Shown here: one piece after another, positions 57,847-64,000 of the stretch
Numbering within the stretch: the stretch's first letter is position 1
Layout of the letters: every line of letters begins with the position of its first letter
Assembly (NCBI RefSeq): GCF_021730395.1
Contig: NC_069372.1
Coordinates: 62,847,754 to 62,911,753, forward strand
Origin: Mercenaria mercenaria
Taxonomy: Eukaryota
DNA length: 64,000 nt
Direction of reading: 5' to 3'
The notes under the pieces: model-generated
The model's input: the letters and a program-made list of their open reading frames with translations, nothing else
Told to the model about the DNA's origin: nothing
Database searches by the model: none
Translations under genes and position numbers: made by a program

Positions 57847-60593
57847 TTTAAACGCAACAGTAGTATAACGTTGATACTGTATAAACTAAAAAATTGCAAA
57901 ACATTAATACATGCATTCTTCTATCAGAACTTTTTTAGTAATCATTTAATTAATACTACTTCAAATGTATAATATATATATATAACGAGAGTACATTTTT
58001 TTTTAGTTTATGTTCATTAAAACATCAATGTTGTTAATGAATCTTGTTGATAAGTGTTGTTTCTGCTGAACTACAAAATATGACTTTTGAAATGTATATG
58101 ATTTTACATTGTCTATATACATATAATACAGCGCAGACATGCTTAATATATTTGTAGTATATCGTCGGAAAAAAATGAAGAACAATTAAGCTTAAAGACA
58201 TACTTCACTTGTTTCATTCAGGGACCGAAGGAAATATTAAAATACTCGGTACTAAAATGCACATTTTGTTTTTTGTATTTGCTATTTTGTATTATAAATA
58301 CAAAATATATTGGCAATAAAATTGATTTTATCTGTTGAACTTCCAAGTATACTGCTCAATGTTTTGCTTGTATGATTAGCTCAGTGAATAAAGCTTAAGA
58401 TTTTCACGAGTTTAGTTCAGGGTCAAGCAAAGATTTTCTATTGACATTTTTACAATATTTTACAGCCGAATATAGGCTTTTCCCCTAGTCCTAGCCAAAA
58501 AAAAGCTATGTTTTCGCCTTAAGTTGTCTTTCCCTTGTAATTAAAACAAAAAGGTTCCGTAATGTACATAGTGAATCATTTTACGATTGTTGGAGTTTAT
58601 ACATTTTCAAACTCCAGTCATCAAATTAACGACTCGTGACTGCTATTTATGTCCCGCTTACTGTATTTACTTCTCATTACATGCCAAAGTTCAAAAGTAA
58701 ATTGGCATCAGTTCTTCCAAATCATTGTAGGACTGTTTCTGTTATGATAACATTCTAAGGTCTATGTTTTCAAATTTGGATTTCCCCTGTTTGGAGTACG
58801 TAGCGCTCTATTCTTTTCAAAAGAAAGACACATGTCGTTTTAAAATATCAAAACCAATCACTTTCTGTGTAGAACCACTAACCCTCTGGAAACCAATTAA
58901 AAGGCTTCCTCACATGACGACCCGAGCTCATTGTCACAGGGGCAAATATTTTTTCAAAATTAAGTTTAAGTGTATATGGCTCATGGACCAATACTGTATC
59001 CTAGGTACGTTACTGCCACCTGTGTTACTGACAATTGTAAAAAAGGCATGCGCGCCATCAGCTCGATAAGGTTATAACATGAAATCGAACAATTTTTGTT
59101 ATAATCTGTGAAGAAAATATAAAGTCTTTTTCTGTTCTCTCAAAAGTATTATTTTTTATTTTCGACCTTTTATTTCTGGAACGTCGATATGTCTATGCAT
59201 TACCTTTTCACTAAGTTTCAGTTTATTTCTTTTCTTTTTTTTAAGTATTAAAATGCAGATTAGCCTTCGAAATTAAAAGATTTTGTATCGATCATTAACA
59301 ATTTATACACTACAAGGAAATATTTCGGTTTATCTCGTTTCATTTCTTTTGCAAAGATGATTAGTACACATATTCAGCAAAGTAATTACACTATATTACA
59401 TATTAAAATAAACGTGATTTGTCAAGTTATACAACTAGTGCTTACATTACTGATAAAGCTGGGACGTTTACTTCCCGTCGCATGTTGTAGAAAAAAAGAG
59501 ATGAACTGTTACTTGTTTTAATCATAATTTCCATAAACACAATGCATTAGGACCTTTTTAGATGAAAAAAGTGGTTTCTACATTTCTACATACTATAGTT
59601 AGACTATTTTTACTTCAAAAGGTTAGAAATATAGATGTGATTGTAATTTTGAGAATTCATTTCATAATACTTTGAGAAATTGTTGTTTAAACGTTTGTGA
59701 GTCTAGTGCATAGAAAACTGAACTGATTATCAGGCGTTAATTTAGCACATAACTATATAACGTGCAAAAATATGACAAAGTCGTTCATTCTCTGGTTTGG
59801 CGTATTCTTCCATAAGTTATGGACAACTTCCCCACATTATTCACTGGAAGAAGACGAATAAATTCAGATGCATTGTCTTTTGTCAAATAGTTAAAGCTAC
59901 TCGCCCACTGTTTGGGTTAAATTATTCAACATGTTAATTTCCACCAAGTTTGGCATACAATGATTATACGACACTGAAAAATGATAAAATGGGTGTAGAT
60001 AAAAGTAAGATATTGGTGAAATTGCAAGAAGAATGTAAATAATCTGTATTACTTTTGCAAATATCTTGCTAAAATCGTATTGTTAGTTAGTCCCTTTTTA
60101 TATATCATTGAACTTTGCACAACAACTTACTGAGAGAAATCTAGAATTATTCACGGAAGGTTTTGAATATTATCTGCAATGAAAACATTTTATTCCCGCG
60201 CATCTTTTATTGATATAAATACCAGTAATGCCGACTAGGTTTACAATTATTTTATCTTTTTGAAAAAAAAAATCCTGACATTTTTATAATTTTGTAGTCT
60301 GGGTTTATTTTTTCTTGGCACATAATATGCACAATTTGAATAGCCACAGGAGCTATATCCTATGAACAAAACAGTGTATGGACATAGACTACACGGAGAC
60401 GTGTTTACGTCACTAACACAATAGTAGCTTGACATTGCACAAATCAGCCACCATAGTTACGTATCAGCAGTATATAATATGACTCATACATTCGTACAAC
60501 ATGATATATATGTTGATTACTGCGTGTAACATATGGACAGCTATCGGTATATCATTCACGTACGTTTTAAACTAAGCATTTGAAGGCATAGAA

Positions 60594-61739
60594 ATGTGTG
60601 ATAAAAATAATTTGGAATTGTACCTCAATGATGTTTTTGAAAAAGAATGTGTGTTCAAAATTGAACAAACGGAAGTGGAATTCATTCAAAATGGCATAGA
60701 AAATCTTGCTCAAAGGATAGTAGACTTGGTTCTAGATGATTTGGGCATAGATATAATAAAATGGAGAGGAAGTACAGCATACAAGACACTTCTTCGCAAT
60801 TCGGAAATTATAAAAGTGGGTAGTTACTACGAGGGAACAAAAAATAAATTCCCAGATGAATTTGATATCATTTTTTGCTTTTATGAGCAAAAAGGAGATG
60901 CACTTTTTAGCTATGCCCCCGTTACTGAAGTTATTAAACAAGTGTGCAAGAAACATAAACATGCCTTAAGGTACACAGACACTCGTTGCGCAAAACAGAA
61001 GATTGACTTTGAGAAATATGTTGAAAAACATGGCCCAGCAACATGGCTGCGTTTTATTTACAGAAATAGAAGAGGTGAAAAGAAATACATCAATGTTGAT
61101 CTTGTCCCTGCCAGCCGCTTTTTCATTACAGAAAGGGAGCATCTGGTAACTGTGACTGAAATTTGCACGTTGGTGCCTTTTCGGCCGGAAATTTTGTCAA
61201 CCGGAAGTTTCTTAGTCGTCGAAGACAATTTCTCGTTCACCGAGACGGAAGTTCATTTTATGAGGAATGTATTGTCTAGAAACCACGTCAAAGTTTACAG
61301 AATCCTAAAGCAGTTGATAAACGGGCACAGCGCCGAGACAGTTTACAAAGACGGTTCAATGTCTTGTTATACCTCGTATGTGATTAAGTCCATCATGATA
61401 GAGCATCACTATCGGTGTAAAAGATCCGTTACGGCAGATATCCTAGTCGGACCGTGTCTATTACAGGTTTTAGACACACTAGGCTCTTTCGAATACGATA
61501 CCCAAGTGCCCAAATTGGTTGCACGAAGAATTAGGGGACCATCGATCGTACCCGAATGCTATTTAAAACTTTTTCTCAGGAGTTACCTACAGTCTATGAC
61601 AACAACATTAAGGTCCATGCAAAACTCAAGAAGTGGATACGATTATGAAAGAGATCGAATTACGAAGTCTTTGTTGGAGCAGTACTTAGACGAAAATGGA
61701 GAACCGGAGATGCAGATTGATTTTTGCACATTGTTATAG
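60594..61739 (+). CDS. cGAS-like receptor / Mab-21 family nucleotidyltransferase (cGLR), copy 2
   Basis: 381-aa ORF, ~90% identical to copy 1. It has the same GSYYEGTKNKFPDEFDIIFCF and NVDLVPAS motifs. A 15-aa patch is replaced (GIDIIKWRGSTAYKT vs SRNQEMKESLPKNS). Confidence 0.75.
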   Translation: MCDKNNLELYLNDVFEKECVFKIEQTEVEFIQNGIENLAQRIVDLVLDDLGIDIIKWRGSTAYKTLLRNSEIIKVGSYYEGTKNKFPDEFDIIFCFYEQKGDALFSYAPVTEVIKQVCKKHKHALRYTDTRCAKQKIDFEKYVEKHGPATWLRFIYRNRRGEKKYINVDLVPASRFFITEREHLVTVTEICTLVPFRPEILSTGSFLVVEDNFSFTETEVHFMRNVLSRNHVKVYRILKQLINGHSAETVYKDGSMSCYTSYVIKSIMIEHHYRCKRSVTADILVGPCLLQVLDTLGSFEYDTQVPKLVARRIRGPSIVPECYLKLFLRSYLQSMTTTLRSMQNSRSGYDYERDRITKSLLEQYLDENGEPEMQIDFCTLL

Positions 61740-61787
61740 TTATTTGACACACATCCCGTCATATGCAACTAGATAGATTTACTTAAT

Positions 61788-62004
61788 GACCTGCTCCAGT
61801 CCTACCTTTTAACCTTAAATTGTCACTGAAAAAGCATGAAAATCCTGATTATGAACAGTGACTCCTGTCGAATTTTATATAAAATTCTATATAAAATACC
61901 TCTGGTTTTGCGTGCTTAAGTGTGGCGCGTGGCCGTTAACTGTTACCTATTGTAACCATAGGTCGCATACACACAACAGAATTTGAATAGCCGCGGAGCA
62001 GGGC
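61788..62004 (+). mobile_element. MITE-like element (copy 3 of 3), downstream of cGLR copy 2
   Basis: Same termini and body as the other two copies. Confidence 0.5.
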
Positions 62005-63569
62005 TTTAAACGCAACATTAGTATAACCTTGATACTGTATAAACTAAAAAATTGCAAAACATTAATACATGCATTCTTCTATCAGAACTTTTTTAGTAAT
62101 CATTTAAATAATACTACTTCAAATTTATAATTTATATATATAACGAGAATACAGTTTAATATTTTTGGTTTATTTTCATTAAAACATCAATGTTGTTAAA
62201 TGAATCTTGTTGATAAATGTTGTTTTTACTGAACTATAAAGTATGACTTTTGAAATGTATATGATTTTACATTGTCTATATACATAATACAGCGCAGACA
62301 TGCTTAATATATTTGTAGTATGTCGTCATTTGCTATTTTGTACTATAAAATACAAAATATATTTGATATAAAATTGATTAAACTGTTGAACTTCTATGTT
62401 TATTGCTCAATGTTTTGCTTGTATGATTAGCTCAGTGAATAAACATGATAAAGCTGAAGTTTTTCACGAATTTAGTTCAGGGCCAAGCAAAGGTTTTCCA
62501 TTGACATTTTTACACTATTTTACATCCGAATATAGGCTTTTTCCCTTAAACATAGCCAAAAAAGCAATGTTTTCTCCTTGTAATTAAAACAAAAAGATTC
62601 CGTAATGTGCATAGTGAATTATTTTACGATTGTTGGAGTTTATACATTTTCAAACTCCAGTCATGAAATTAACGACTCGTGACTGCTATTTATGTCACGC
62701 TTACTGTATTTACTTCTCATCACGGGCCAAAGTTCAAAATTAAATTGGCATCAGTTCTTCCAAATCATGGTAGGACTGTTTCTGTTATGATAACATTCTA
62801 AGGTCTATATTTTCAAATTTGGATTTCCCCTATTTGGAGTCTGTAACACTCTACTTTCTCCAGCACAAAGCCACAGGTCGTTTTAAAATATCAAAACCAA
62901 TCACTGCCCGTGTAACTATTAACCCTCTAAAACCCAGTTGAAAGGCTTCCTCACATGTCGACCTGAGCAGGGATCGAACCCGCAGGAGTGCGGGTAAAGT
63001 AATTTGAAGACAGCAATACACTTAGCCCTGGAGGCTCCCTCACTTCGATTTAGGTTTTACAAGTACAATGTTAATATAATTATAATCATTATTTGAGTCA
63101 TATCAATGTACATACAGTATATTATACAAACTTAAAAACAAAAAAGCAATATAAAAGTACATTGCCACTCGTGTAATGAGTTTTAAGAGGCCTTTGGAAC
63201 ACTTAACATTACATAATATCACTATACTATTTACATATTATTAAAGCTAAGAAGTAGACGCTAATCCATATATCAAGAGGATATTAAAATGAGCGATTAA
63301 AACACTGATGTTTTAAAAAATGTACTTTTGCGCTGATTCAAAAACGGGCTGAAAATCAGATATCACCCCAATCAGATCGTAGATGAACTGATAAGCACTT
63401 ACTTTACAGGTACAAATATCATATAAAAAAGAAGTTACTTTATTTACATAGATGAAGCTGTCTTCTGTTTAAAATGTCATCACATGTTTGGGCACATATT
63501 CTAATGAGTGAATGATTTGTAAAAACATAATCGACATCTTACATATTATTGAAGTTTGGTTCTGTTAAT

Positions 63570-64000
63570 AAAACTAGCACTGGAGCTGCTTCTGCTTCTT
63601 TTGCTGCTTCTGCTTCTGCTGCTACTGCTTCTCTGCTGCTACTGCTTCTTCTGCTGCTACTGCTTCTTCTGCTTCTGCTTCTTCTGCTGCTACCTCTTCT
63701 GCTGCTACTGCTTCTCTGCTGCTTCTGCTTCTGCTGCTGCTGCAGCTGCTGCTGCTACTGCTACTGCTTCTTCTTCTGCTGCTGTTACTGCTTCTGCTTC
63801 TGCTGCTACTGCTTTTGCTTCTTCTGCTGCTACTGCTTCTCTGCTGCTTCTGCTTCTGCTGTTGCTGCTACTGCAGCTGCTGCTACTACTACTACTGCTT
63901 CTTCTTCTGCTGCTGCTGCTGCTACTACTGCTGCTGCTACTGCTACTGCTTCTTCTGCTGCTGCTACTACTGCTACTGCCTCTGCTGCTGCTGTTACTAC
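63570..64000. repeat. (CTG/CTT/CTA)n trinucleotide microsatellite running to window end
   Basis: Read directly as gctgctactgcttctgct… for >430 bp. Confidence 0.9.

Larger units (their letters stand above)
55735..59195 (+). repeat. Tandem segmental duplication unit 1 (contains cGLR copy 1 + MITE)
   Basis: Collinear with 59196..~62990 along its whole length (upstream region, ORF, MITE, downstream), apart from indels. Confidence 0.7.
59196..62990 (+). repeat. Tandem segmental duplication unit 2 (contains cGLR copy 2 + MITE). It carries an extra ~710-bp insertion at ~59655..60365
   Basis: Collinear with unit 1. ORF-to-ORF offset is 4160 bp. Confidence 0.7.

Overview
This is a eukaryotic, AT-rich, repeat-dense accessory region from an invertebrate-type metazoan genome. 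tRNA-derived SINEs with (CAAA)n/(AAAT)n tails, LINEs and abundant tandem cGAS-like genes suggest a mollusc-like genome. It is not prokaryotic and has no CRISPR or operon structure. Three things stand out: (1) A ~7.7-kb non-autonomous Polinton/Maverick-like element at 13855..21597. It has ~600-bp terminal inverted repeats, 5'-AG...CT-3' termini and a 6-bp target-site duplication (CCGACT). It keeps an intact packaging-ATPase gene with an N-terminal C2H2 finger and a frameshifted adenovirus-type cysteine protease, but lacks pPolB and integrase. A SINE is nested in its right TIR. (2) A tandemly duplicated pair of intronless cGAS-like receptor (cGLR/Mab-21 nucleotidyltransferase) genes at 56434..57582 and 60594..61739. 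Each carries the GSYYE...PDEFDIIF catalytic motif and is followed by the same MITE. (3) A ~10-kb tandem array of 66-bp and then 33-bp repeats at 28925..39110. Its minus strand reads as a Thr/Pro-rich mucin-like protein, with higher-order repeat structure and frequent frame breaks. The window also holds a near-complete non-LTR retrotransposon, a degraded LINE, several SINE copies of two families, one genuine tRNA-Ser(AGA), a 1.35-kb foldback element, a 143-bp satellite, a hairpin-unit tandem array and several mini/microsatellites.
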